Shown: one piece after another, positions 36,317 to 46,397 of the stretch
Layout: each line of letters begins with the position of its first letter
Numbering within the stretch: the stretch's first letter is position 1
Source: Mayamaea pseudoterrestris
Lineage: Eukaryota
Direction: 5' to 3'
Length of the DNA: 64,000 nt
Assembly: GCA_027923505.1 (NCBI GenBank)
Contig: BROI01000005.1
Coordinates: 1 to 64,000, forward strand
Made by a program: the position numbers and the translations under genes
Notes under the pieces: generated by a model
Database searches by the model: none
What the model was told of the DNA's origin: nothing
What the model saw: the letters and a program-made list of their open reading frames with translations, nothing else

Positions 36317-37540
36317 ATGACTAAAAGTAGCAACGACACGCGCACCAAACATTCCAGACGCTTGCACGTCGACGATGATAACGACGAACAGATTGAAGCC
36401 ACCATTGCTGAATCTGCCAAGCCAAAGAGTCGCTCACGCTGCTGCTGCTATAGTCCCTGCTGTCTATTACTCATTGTCGCTCTGCTTGTCGCCATGGGTG
36501 GCTTGCTCATTTGGAAGTGCATGCCGGAGTCGAGCAAGTCTGTCGTGGAAAATATTGTCTCTAGTGGACTTGGTGGCAACACGACGAGTAGCAGCAGCAG
36601 CTCAAGTCAGTCGAGTACGCAGAATGCAGCAGCTACGCATGACGACGATAGTGCAAACACGCCACCCACCTTTGACTACTATCGCTGCACGAGCGAAAAT
36701 GACTGCTGCAACGGCGTTGACACCATTTGCGACTTGTCAGTCTCGCAAGTACTCTTTGCCGGCTTGCACAATGCCTACTCGAGCGTCGAGGATGGCTTTT
36801 TACTTGCTGGCAATCACGAATACAGTTTGGAATATGCCTTGCAGGCTGGCTTTCGCGCCATTAACGTGGATCTCGGCAACTGCAACGGCGAGTTGACACT
36901 GGTACACACCAAGTGCGAGCTTGGACGACGTGATCCATACACGGTCTTTGAGCATATCAATCTATTTCTTGACAAGCATCCTCGCGATTTACTACTCATT
37001 CCCATTCAAGTGAATAACGATGTCGACGAGCCGGTGGATTTGTGGGAGTTTTACTCAATACTTTCCTCGATTGACGGTTTTGTCGATCGCATGTACGTGC
37101 ACAACGAAACACTCTACTGGCCCACGATGCGGGAATTGATTGAATTAGACAAGCGTATTATTGTATTTGTCTACAATGCGCAAGTTTCGTGTCGCTACGC
37201 TGGCAGCTGTCCCGCTGGCTTGCATGACTGGTTTTTGTACGCGTCGGAAACGGTCTACGAGTTTGCGTCGGTGGATGATGTGACGGATGCAGCAGTGGCG
37301 TGTCCCTATGATCGGGGCGATGAAGGCTATGTTGACTTTTACGCGCTCAACATGTTTGTATCGGATCCACTGCCGAGCCGGGCGTCGTCGCAAGTGATTA
37401 ACCAACCAGATTTTTTGCAGAGTCACTTGGCAACGTGCGAAAGTGTGGTTGCGAGGAACGCCAGTGTCATTTTTATCGACTTTTGGGAGGAGGGAAACTT
37501 GGTGGACTTGGTGCAGACACATAATCAGCAACTTGGATAG
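36317..37540 (+). CDS. Type II membrane PI-PLC X / PLC-like phosphodiesterase
   Basis: Cys-rich juxtamembrane segment plus TM, CNG..ICDL, GLHNAYS, LQAGFRAINVD, WPTMRELI..KRIIVF, IFIDFW. Confidence 0.75.
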   Translation: MTKSSNDTRTKHSRRLHVDDDNDEQIEATIAESAKPKSRSRCCCYSPCCLLLIVALLVAMGGLLIWKCMPESSKSVVENIVSSGLGGNTTSSSSSSSQSSTQNAAATHDDDSANTPPTFDYYRCTSENDCCNGVDTICDLSVSQVLFAGLHNAYSSVEDGFLLAGNHEYSLEYALQAGFRAINVDLGNCNGELTLVHTKCELGRRDPYTVFEHINLFLDKHPRDLLLIPIQVNNDVDEPVDLWEFYSILSSIDGFVDRMYVHNETLYWPTMRELIELDKRIIVFVYNAQVSCRYAGSCPAGLHDWFLYASETVYEFASVDDVTDAAVACPYDRGDEGYVDFYALNMFVSDPLPSRASSQVINQPDFLQSHLATCESVVARNASVIFIDFWEEGNLVDLVQTHNQQLG

Positions 37541-37768
37541 ATACAGTGTGTGTGTGGATGTACTGTACATAGTGAGCGCTGTTATTGTAGCGTGCGGAGT
37601 GATTGGCGTCGATGCAGCAGACGGTGCGTTAGGCGCGCACCAACTACGAATTTAGAATATAAATGTGTATACAATAACACTAGAAAAAAGACATTATACT
37701 GTTAAGGCATACCTTGTATGAGCAGACACTGCGAGGTGCTAGCTGATCAGACTCGCCGACCTGCGCCG

Positions 37769-39286
37769 CTACAAGACTGCAGGCCAAGTCTGGGATCGAC
37801 ATGCAGTGGGCCGAACACCTGCAACACTTCAGTATAGGACCAGTCCATGGTCAAGTCGTTCTTTAAACCATCATCTTCCAGCTCAATCGTAAAATGACAA
37901 ATCTTGAATTCAAGAGAAGTACTTCTGCTGCTGCCAAGTGCCGTGCTGCACTGCTCCTGGTATGAAACCACTTCGCGTTGCCTCATAGTAGCGTCCTGTA
38001 GCCAAGAAAAGAAAGTCATTTTGCTGAATGGTACAGGAGCATGTCCATTTGCTTGGAGGAACTGCCATAACCAGCAGGCTCATCCTCGTCAAGCGCGTCT
38101 TCATTGACATGCAACTGATGCAGGCTCGTCCTCGCCAAGCGCTAATCGCATGCAGTCATCAAACAATACAACAACAATCACAGCACGCCTGCGTCGCAGG
38201 TACCAAAGTTGGCGGCTTGACTTGGAGCCCGGCAGGTAAAGTACCATTCTCAGTGGAGTCATGGTCACTGACTACTTGGTCCGCTGCATCATGCGAAAAG
38301 AGCTGGTCGTCAATATCGTCTGCCTGACCTACCAACGGACAGGGAACGCATTGGATAGCGGCAGGCTCTCCGTCATCAGGAAGGTCATCTTGTGGCGAGT
38401 TGGCCGATGAGTCGTCTATCAGTAGTCGACCTCCGTCATTGTCATCAACATCGTCAACATCATCAGTCGCCATCATGTCTCCAGAGGGTGCTTCGTCAGT
38501 CGCCAGTGGCGAGACACCCATGTCGTCGCCGCCGTCACTAAGTGCATCGACGCCCGCGTTGATTTCATCATTTGATGCAGTGCCACCATTGTCGACTGGG
38601 GCGTCGTTGGCAATGTCTTTGTGCGCATCGTCCACAGAGATCATTGTCAACAAGTCTTCAAGAATTTTTTCCCAACGAAATGTTGTCTGCAAATCATCGA
38701 CGATATGAAGAATCGAGTCAAGTCGGTCCTGCAGCTCCGGGGCACCATGTAAAATGTTGTCGTACATCAAACGCCGAGCTCTCAGGCGACGTCGTTGATT
38801 GCGTGTGGCCCAGACGTCAAGACACTCGACCAGAAACTCCACCCGAATGAAACGATGTGTATACTGCAAGTTTTGCATCGGTGGCAAATTGCTAACTCGA
38901 CTGATAAATTCGTGTAAACGCTCTATCAGAAGTAAAATGATGCATGCAAGATAGTAAGTATGTTCCGGGACAGATTCGTTAATGATATTGTGCGCGTGTC
39001 ATTTGAAGCAACTGTTGATCACAGTCAGCGTTTGTTGAATTTTGGTCAAGCAATCAGATAGACAGCCCGATACTCACCTGCAGGAGACATGGTCGACTGA
39101 GGATGGCGTAAACAATGTCACAAGAATGGAGAAGTGAGCGCGAAATGTTAACAATGTATCGATTGCAAGAATATGAGCTTGGAAGATGCAGGTAGAGCAA
39201 CCTCTATCATTACCATTATATGTATGCTTGGCGTTCACAGTCAAGTCACTCCGCACGATCAGCCTCATCAAATGCTTCGCATGCAT
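37769..39286 (-). pseudogene. Decayed reading frame of unknown family interrupted only by TGA codons
   Basis: ORFs 39074-39286, 38159-38887 and 37910-38110 share one frame. All 8 internal stops over ~505 codons are TGA. 'CCDCCCIV**' reads as RRDRRRIVRR if TG is restored to CG. Confidence 0.6.
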
Positions 39287-39837
39287 ACCTTGTTCGACAT
39301 GATTGCTGTTTCAATGCTAGAAAATGATGCCTCATCATCAAAATTCTTGCTTGTCTCACTGTCGGCGAGCTGTCGAACGTGGTCCACACTGTCACCATTC
39401 ATGGGGCAATAGCAGCAACCCATGTGGCTTGGCGCTGCCATCATTTGCATTCGTTTCCGTCATATCAATGCCATGTGGCTTTATGACAGTGTACATGATC
39501 ATTTGTCGGCTTCATCATGGTGCAATGTGCAGCCTCGCGCATCCGTCTCGTCGTGTTCGCTTATCGTGTCGTACCGGTTCCCAAAGATATAATACCGGTA
39601 CGATTTCTAAAGATCTCGCGCGAAACAAGTGCAGTCATTTTGGCGAAAGCGGTCATTTTCTAGTATAGAAGACATGCGAGGGACCGACGAGGGACCACAC
39701 CGGTACGACACCAAACCGTCTTTGCGGTATTGACCGAAGCGAGAACGAAAGATGCGCGTCCCGACGCGAGAGAAAAGTGACAAGTACTTTGGACGTAAAT
39801 ATAGTGTTAACTATTACTCTTACTGGCCATAAAAGCA

Positions 39838-40500
39838 TTAAATAGTCCACTTGAACTCTTGTAGGTTGCTAAACTGGGAATATATGATCCCAATAGAATT
39901 CTTCAATGACTTGAAAGGAACCTTGCTATTCGCATCCGTTTGCTTTGCAGCTTGCCACTTTGTGTCAGCCAATGCGCGCAAGGTAGTGTGCTCAATTCTA
40001 GAGGTGCACACTTGCACTCACTTTGAAACTCCCTCGCAAAGCTTGCAATCTTTTAATTGTTCACGCCAATGTCACTGGCACATTGGTGAAGTGGCCTCCA
40101 ATTGACTGACAGTGAGGCTGAAATCTGCCACCGTCAATTCGACGCCTGCCGGGCCTCGGAAAACCTCCAAACCAAAACCGGTGAATCAAGTAATCCAGCG
40201 GGTGGTATAGCCCGCAATGGCAAGGTACCGCTGGGCGCAGACAATGGCCCTGAATGCACCGTGTGGGCCTTAAATCAGAGCAGCGACAAGGATGGGAATG
40301 TTCTCGGAGGGCATGTCGGTCAATCCAATCAAGTACTTAAAGGAGGATCAGCAGTCAGAGTGAGTTTGATGCACCATTCAAAGAATCATCATTTGTCTCA
40401 ATGTAACGGGCAAGGAAGGAGGCCGTAGGGAGAATGACTCTGACAACTGGAAGGACTGCGGCGCTGCGGCAGGCGTGTCTGCTCCATGACGGCGGCCATG
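39838..40500 (-). pseudogene. Second possibly decayed reading frame of unknown family
   Basis: A ~220-codon frame with 5 TGA and 1 TAA internal stops and no TAG; the sequence is TG/CA-rich. Confidence 0.35.
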
Positions 40501-41039
40501 GTGAATTGCACTCACATTTATTTCCTTGTCAATAGCAGCATTGGAGGCGGCTTTTTAAAGATTTAAAGAACAAATGACAATGTTAGCAACAACAAGATGT
40601 GCGTGTTGGTTTTGACGAACGTTTGATGCTGCTGCTGCGAGTTGATTTTGGCACATTGACACAACTCTCCTTGATTAAAGTTGTAACTTGTTGTCATTAT
40701 GTATGATCAAATGAAACTGCCTTTGTCTGTCGCTTCTCCATGGTTCGACTGCATGTCTGTGATGTTCGACGTTCGACTACCGCTGGCCGCTGCGGGCGTC
40801 GATGCTGAGGCGCGCCATTCATGTTATTTGCTGCGCTGAGGTGCGTCACACTATGTATTGCCATGGAGGTGCGTAGGTTGTTGTCGCCGTTTTCTATTCT
40901 CCTTTTGCTTGTTGTGTTTGTTGTCGAACGTTCGATGCTGTTGCTGATGCTGGTTTCCTGTTTGCTGGTTGATTTCGGCACATGACACGATTTGTGTGGA
41001 TGGCTGTTCATGCACGCACGTCGCACCATCTCCCGAGTC

Positions 41040-41217
41040 AGCGGGCGCCCGCTCGCGCGCTTCGAGGGACCTGCGGTCCCCCGGGGGACCGTCCGGCTTA
41101 GAGCGGATGCACAGAGGAGCCCGCCCTAGGGACTACCCGTAGGATACCTACGGGTACAGTAGCAGACACAGTTTGGATGACATTGAGATTGCCGCTAGGA
41201 CATTGAGACTGCTGCTG
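41040..41217. repeat. GC-rich palindrome/hairpin cluster plus a short tandem duplication
   Basis: AGCGGGCGCCCGCT (41040-41053), CGGTCCCCCGGGGGACCG (41074-41091), CCCTAGGG (41124-41131), TACCCGTAGG-ATA-CCTACGGGTA (41134-41156); GACATTGAGAYTGCYGCT twice (about 41179-41216). Confidence 0.85.
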
Positions 41218-41366
41218 CGACACTTGGACATCCCTCCAAGCCATCGGTTTTCAGCGGCAAGCCATTCCTTTCGGATCAGCTCTTGCACCCTTGTTAGCAA
41301 TAGCATCTCCGTTTTTGTTTCTCGCCTGTAGCTTCAAACCGCTTTCTTTTCCTCATCATCATCATC

Positions 41367-41960
41367 ATGCTCGTTCGTCTCCACTTTCCTTCCCTTGCTG
41401 AGTTCGGGGGTGCTCCTGTGGCCCTTTCATGGCCGGAGGAGATTTCCTTGCCGACCACGTGGCTGGGAACGGACAATGTTCTTGAGTCAGTGGAATTGCC
41501 GTCGTCTTCCTCGCTCAATACTCGGGATCCCCGCGTGGCAAAGACTATTACAGCATCGGCTTCCGCCGCGCTCTTTGAGTCCGCCATTACGCCATTACGT
41601 CCACCAGGCGAGTCGCCTCTATTGGACCAGCTGTTACCAGCGTCGGCGCCGCCCGACAAACGCATCCTCGATGCTACTCGCCCTCATGCTCGCGCTCCAA
41701 AGCGCCAAAAGCATCAGCATCCAATGTCAACTCATCTGAGTGCTGAACGGATCGACAAAGATATCAGTAAGTTGCCGCCCTCTCTAGTTCCTTCCCCATC
41801 CATCCCATCCGCCACCAACACGCCCAGTCCATCCGCCAAGCCACCTTCCATCTACTGGGAATCATTCCAGCAGATCCATCGCACTCCTAGTGCTGTTACG
41901 CCATCAACCGACCAGTCTCGGCCAGCGCCATCCATCTCGTCCTCTCGTTCTGTTGCCATC

Positions 41961-42010
<50 letters not shown>

Positions 42011-44630
42011 CGACGACGTTTCTATCAACATAAACCATCACGACGGGGATAACCACTCCGACGAGTCCATCCCGTTGTCCATCACAGTTCCGGCACACCT
42101 CACGCCCGTCCCCAAGTTAGCTATTCCTCTCGAGGTTATGGATCCCGGCCTTGACTACCCGCTCGCTCCATGGCCTCAAGACGAGTCTTCTTGGATGAGC
42201 AATTTCAAGCAAGCTCTTTTATGGTCTCCTCCACCAATGCTGCCTTCTCCTTTTCGCTTTACTGTGACTGCCGAAGCTGCCCAGCTTAACCTCGCAGTCC
42301 TTCAAGCCAACAACATGGATTTAGCTAGCCTCATGTTCTCCAACAAAAATCTGCCCACCTGCCCGGGCTCAAATTTCCGCCCCATCGAGTTGCTCGACCC
42401 CATCTTTGCTGGCCATCCTACATGGCTGCGCGTTCGCAGCACACTCACTCAAGGCGCCTGCTTTCCTTTGACTCCTTTAACTGAGGAGCTCCGCAAGGAG
42501 GAGATGGAGGCAATCCTTGAGTACGGCAACCACAAGTCTGCAACGAAGGAACGAGTCGCCGTTTTGGAAACGCTTCAAGAAGAGACCGCAAAGGGCTGGC
42601 ACCTTCCGCTTCCACTAGAAGCTCTTCATCTGCTGCCCAATGTATCTGTTGCTCCTTTTGGCTACGTTAAACAACTAAAGCTACAAGCAGATGGCTCCCG
42701 CAAAGAGGCTGGTTGAATTACGCACGATCAAACGTTCTGTCAACGGCACACCGGCACCTCCGTTAAGGATCGCGTTAGGGAGGACGAGTTACCACCCGTC
42801 TTCTACGGATTTGCCTTGCAACGCCTTCTAAACAGACTCATTGCTACACGGACTGACTACAATACGCTTCCTATCTATCTACCCAAGTATGATTGGAAAT
42901 CGGCTTACAAGAACTGTCATTTTGGCCTTGAAACACTCGTCCAAGCGGCAACCACCACAAAAGGGATCACGACTGACTCCACGCTCGCGCTTTTGGCGCT
43001 CCGGATGACGTTTGGCGGGTCTCCATGCCCTGCCATCTTTAGTGATCTATCAGAGACGGTTACAGATGCGGCAAACCACTTGGTTAGAGACCTCCATTGG
43101 GATCCCGCCGCTCTGCAATCTCGCTTTGTTGCTCACATAAACGCCAGGCCAGTCGTGTATCCTGATTCTTCCACGCCATTTGCAATCGCTCGCCCAACAA
43201 CGGTCAAAGAATTGATTCCAGTGGATGGTCTACCCTTCTTTGATGTCTTCCTGGATGATCATCTTGGTCTCATTGTCCATACTAGCGACGACGCAATCCT
43301 TCGAGGCGCTCATGCCGTCCCATTGATGCTTGATTTGATGGGTCGCCCATTGCGTGGAGACGAACCTCTACCGCGCAACGCTTTAATTGCAGTCTCCAAG
43401 CTTATTGCCGAAGGAGGATTGATTGAAATACAAGTGGTCCTTGGCTGGGAGATTGATACTCGCAAGCTCCTTATTAGCCTGCCTGCCGACAAGTATCGCA
43501 TCTACTCGGAGGATATCCAGGAGCTTCTCGATCGCCAAGGCTATTTAGTCACGGCAGCAACGCTCGACACGCTTTTTGGCCGCCTCATCCACGTTTCTGT
43601 TGTTGTACTTGAAATGCGGCCTCGCCTTGGTCGAATTCACTCAGCAAAGACTCGCGCAGAGGCAGCAGATGGCAAATACAATAAGCGCACTCGATTGACT
43701 CGCGCAGAACGCCACGATTTGGAGCATTGCCTGCGTCTCCTCGCCACCGCTCGTGCTGGCGTGGATATCAATCTGCTCGTGCCTCGCGTTCCTGACTTTG
43801 TTATACCGACTGATGCTTGTCTTCATCAAGTTGGTGGACACGATATGACGATTGGCAACGGCTGGCGACTCGCCGTCCCGCCTGGAGCGCCTGCTCATCA
43901 TATAAACGTCCTCGAGTTTGTCGGTCCACTCGTCGGCATCTGGCTTGCCACGACAGAAGGACACTTACGCAAAGGAGACTGCGTACTCGCTCTTGGCGAC
44001 AATACAACTGCAGCAGGATGGCTGCGACGGTCTAACTTCTCCGACGAAACGGCTGCTCCGCAGATGCTTCTGCTCGCTCGCCTACTCGCCGAGATTTGCG
44101 CGCAGTTTGGCATCTGCTGTTACTCGCAATGGCGGATGGGACTGGATAACGTGGTGCCTGATCTTATTTCACGCGAGCTCTCTAGCTCTGATGCTGATCT
44201 AACCAATCTAATCCTTTCTTCTTCTTTGGCGCATCAGGTTCCGGCATCCTTCGCAATGCGACCTCTGCCCAGCAAGATTACGTCCACTCTCTCCTCCTTG
44301 CTGCAGCTCAATCCGAGTCTGTTGGAGTCACAAGGGCCTCTCACGTTCGAGAAGATATGGCTTGGGACCGTTGGATGCAGTTCGCTGAGCGAGCTGGTTT
44401 CGCAGACGATCCCTTCATGGACCGCTGCTCCTACGGCGACCGCCTCAATCTCTTCCTCGCCTTCATCCATTCCGTTCGACAAGGCGAGTACTCCAAGCCA
44501 ACAAAAGGAAAGGATGCATTGGTTGTTGGATCTGTCCGTTCCACCGTCGATGGTGTGGCTAAGGCCTTTACGTCCGCGGGTTACCCCGATCCTCGCAAAA
44601 ACGAACGAGGCGACACGCCACCCATCTTAG
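41367..44630 (+). pseudogene. RT/RNase H polyprotein with an in-frame TGA at 42714-42716
   Basis: ORFs 41367-42716 and 42816-44630 are in the same frame. GNHKSA, APFGYVKQ, G*ITHDQTF, KYDWKSAY, LRMTFGGSPCP, DVFLDD, VLGWEIDT; RNase H TDAC, INVLEF, GDNTTA, NVVPDLISR. Confidence 0.88.
41961..42011 (+). repeat. (AAC)17 microsatellite encoding poly-Asn in the retroelement ORF
   Basis: Read directly from the sequence. Confidence 0.95.
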
Positions 44631-45535
44631 CTTGCCTTTATCGAGGCTACGCCAACATGGATCCGTCGACAAACCATCAACAGGCGCTCCCAATGGACCT
44701 CATGATGCAGCTAACAACGCAAAAATCGCGGTCCTTTGCCTTCCGGCATTTTCAATTGCTTGTTGGTTTAGCATCCTTCTTCGCCCTTTGCTCTTGTGAG
44801 TACTTGGCCATTTACCGGGGCGACAAAGTTTCACGTTGCACTCTCCCGCTCCGAGCTATTGATACCAAGTTTTGGAAGGATGGCACGCTTGTGCCTCATG
44901 ACAGTTTATTCCTCCATCTTGCCGATTCAGTGACGCTCATCTTTGGCATGCAAAAGAACAAAGCTAAGGATGAAGGCGTCACGCTCCATCGCTCTGGCCA
45001 TTGGCGTTTCTGTCCTGTTATCTTTGCAGCTCACCTCGTGCGCAATACGAGGCGTCTAGTGGCTCGCAAGCTGGTTAAAGAGGACGCCAACTTCTACTGT
45101 TACGAAGACGAAGAAGGCAAACTCACCACTTGCAATACAAAAATGGGGCGCGAATTCCTACGTCATTTCATTGCCGGTCAGAATCCTTCCTCCATCGGCC
45201 TTTCTGTCGAGACAGTTGGTCTCCATTCTATCCGCGCAACTGCAGCAATGGCAATGTACATGTCTGGCGTCCCTTTAAGGACCATTCAGCTGCAAGGACG
45301 CTGGCGCAGCGAGGCATTTATGGAATACATACGCAAGCAAGTCGACATGTTCTCCGTCGATGTAGCTAAACGGATGCTATCCATCACCAAGTTCAACACC
45401 ATTACCGCTCAACGCATTCAAGCCATCAACAACACCAATCCTTCTCCAACGCCCGCGCTTGTCACCACCACCATTCCATTAACGGGCATCAGCCACGACT
45501 CCTCCTTAGACCTTGGTCACGTCTGGGGCGTCTAG
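44357..45535 (+). CDS. Tyrosine recombinase, probably inactive (first catalytic Arg replaced by Cys)
   Basis: FFALCSCEY (expected FFAxRSCEY), QKN, CPV, GLHSIRATAA, IQLQGRWRSEAFMEYIR. Overlaps the RT/RH frame by 274 nt. Confidence 0.88.
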   Translation: MAWDRWMQFAERAGFADDPFMDRCSYGDRLNLFLAFIHSVRQGEYSKPTKGKDALVVGSVRSTVDGVAKAFTSAGYPDPRKNERGDTPPILACLYRGYANMDPSTNHQQALPMDLMMQLTTQKSRSFAFRHFQLLVGLASFFALCSCEYLAIYRGDKVSRCTLPLRAIDTKFWKDGTLVPHDSLFLHLADSVTLIFGMQKNKAKDEGVTLHRSGHWRFCPVIFAAHLVRNTRRLVARKLVKEDANFYCYEDEEGKLTTCNTKMGREFLRHFIAGQNPSSIGLSVETVGLHSIRATAAMAMYMSGVPLRTIQLQGRWRSEAFMEYIRKQVDMFSVDVAKRMLSITKFNTITAQRIQAINNTNPSPTPALVTTTIPLTGISHDSSLDLGHVWGV

Positions 45536-45568
45536 CTCCTAACGCGCGATCCCTTGCTCTCTCCAAGA

Positions 45569-45753
45569 TGGTATAGCAGCAGCTCACTGCAGCTGGCAAG
45601 GGATCTGCTCTCCGAGCGGATCTAGCTAGCTCTGCTCTGCTTGTCCAGTGGGGGTGCTTGGGTAGCTATCCCTAGCTTCCCAAGTTTTAGCAATCGCCGT
45701 CTTTGTGTAGGAAACGGAAGAATCTGGTGTTGGATAGAGATTAATCGGTGTTC
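45569..45753 (+). repeat. Direct repeat B1 (185 bp)
   Basis: TGGTATAGCAGC...AATCGGTGTTC, identical to 46100-46284. Confidence 0.97.
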
Positions 45754-46099
45754 ATTTGGGATTCAGAAGTGTCGGATGGAAAGCGGTGATTGGCTACAGC
45801 CCAGTCATGATGACGCAGCCGTTCTTCGGCAAATTTCGTCATCATCTGGCGTCCCGCCCTTCAAGTTCGGAGAATTGATTCCCCGCGAAGTCATTCCTAG
45901 GCGACTCCGAACGATCTGGTCGTGAAGATTCGGGCACATGACCCTGTCTAAGTAAGCCCCAAGACCAGCTGCCGGAGTCTCCCCGAGTTGCAATCGATTG
46001 CAAGCACTTGCCATCGTCCTCATTCTTCAGTCTCTGTTGCCTCGATCATCCCGACTCGAGTCAAGTAATATAGATTAAAGTACCCACCCAGCCCATCCC

Positions 46100-46284
46100 T
46101 GGTATAGCAGCAGCTCACTGCAGCTGGCAAGGGATCTGCTCTCCGAGCGGATCTAGCTAGCTCTGCTCTGCTTGTCCAGTGGGGGTGCTTGGGTAGCTAT
46201 CCCTAGCTTCCCAAGTTTTAGCAATCGCCGTCTTTGTGTAGGAAACGGAAGAATCTGGTGTTGGATAGAGATTAATCGGTGTTC
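46100..46284 (+). repeat. Direct repeat B2 (185 bp), probable right end of the element
   Basis: Identical to 45569-45753 (offset 531). Confidence 0.97.
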
Positions 46285-46285
46285 G

Positions 46286-46397
46286 CACGTGATATCTTCG
46301 CGATACTCGTCCATCGTCAGTCCGTCGTCGGTTCGTCCTCGTTCCGTCGACTGACGACGGACTGACGACGAGCGACTCTTCGCGATGATAACACGTG
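46286..46397. repeat. 112-bp imperfect fold-back palindrome
   Basis: Outer arms 46286-46303 / 46380-46397 are 16/18 complementary; inner arms 46314-46332 / 46350-46368 are 18/19 complementary. Confidence 0.9.

Larger units (their letters stand above)
41367..46284 (+). mobile_element. Tyrosine-recombinase retrotransposon (DIRS order, Ngaro/PAT-like split direct repeats); left boundary uncertain
   Basis: An RT/RNase H frame overlaps a YR frame and is followed by two identical 185-bp direct repeats separated by 346 bp. Confidence 0.9.

Noticed and set aside
35762..36317. Several short minus-strand ORFs
   Set aside because: No motifs or coherent exon structure; likely intergenic or UTR.
38156..38190. 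Cys cluster plus TGA TGA as a metal-binding or selenoprotein motif
   Set aside because: CpG decay of an Arg run explains both more simply; no SECIS-like element was recognised.
42714..42716. Programmed gag-pol stop readthrough
   Set aside because: The TGA lies inside the RT region at an expected Arg, not at a gag/pol boundary.
45801..45849. Hammerhead ribozyme (minus strand GATGATGAC-GAAA)
   Set aside because: Lacks the CUGAUGA core and three-stem topology; reads as a simple hairpin.
45569..46284. CRISPR array or small LTR element (TRIM)
   Set aside because: Only two 185-bp repeats; no TG..CA ends, polypurine tract or TSD. The adjacent YR gene explains them as split direct repeats.
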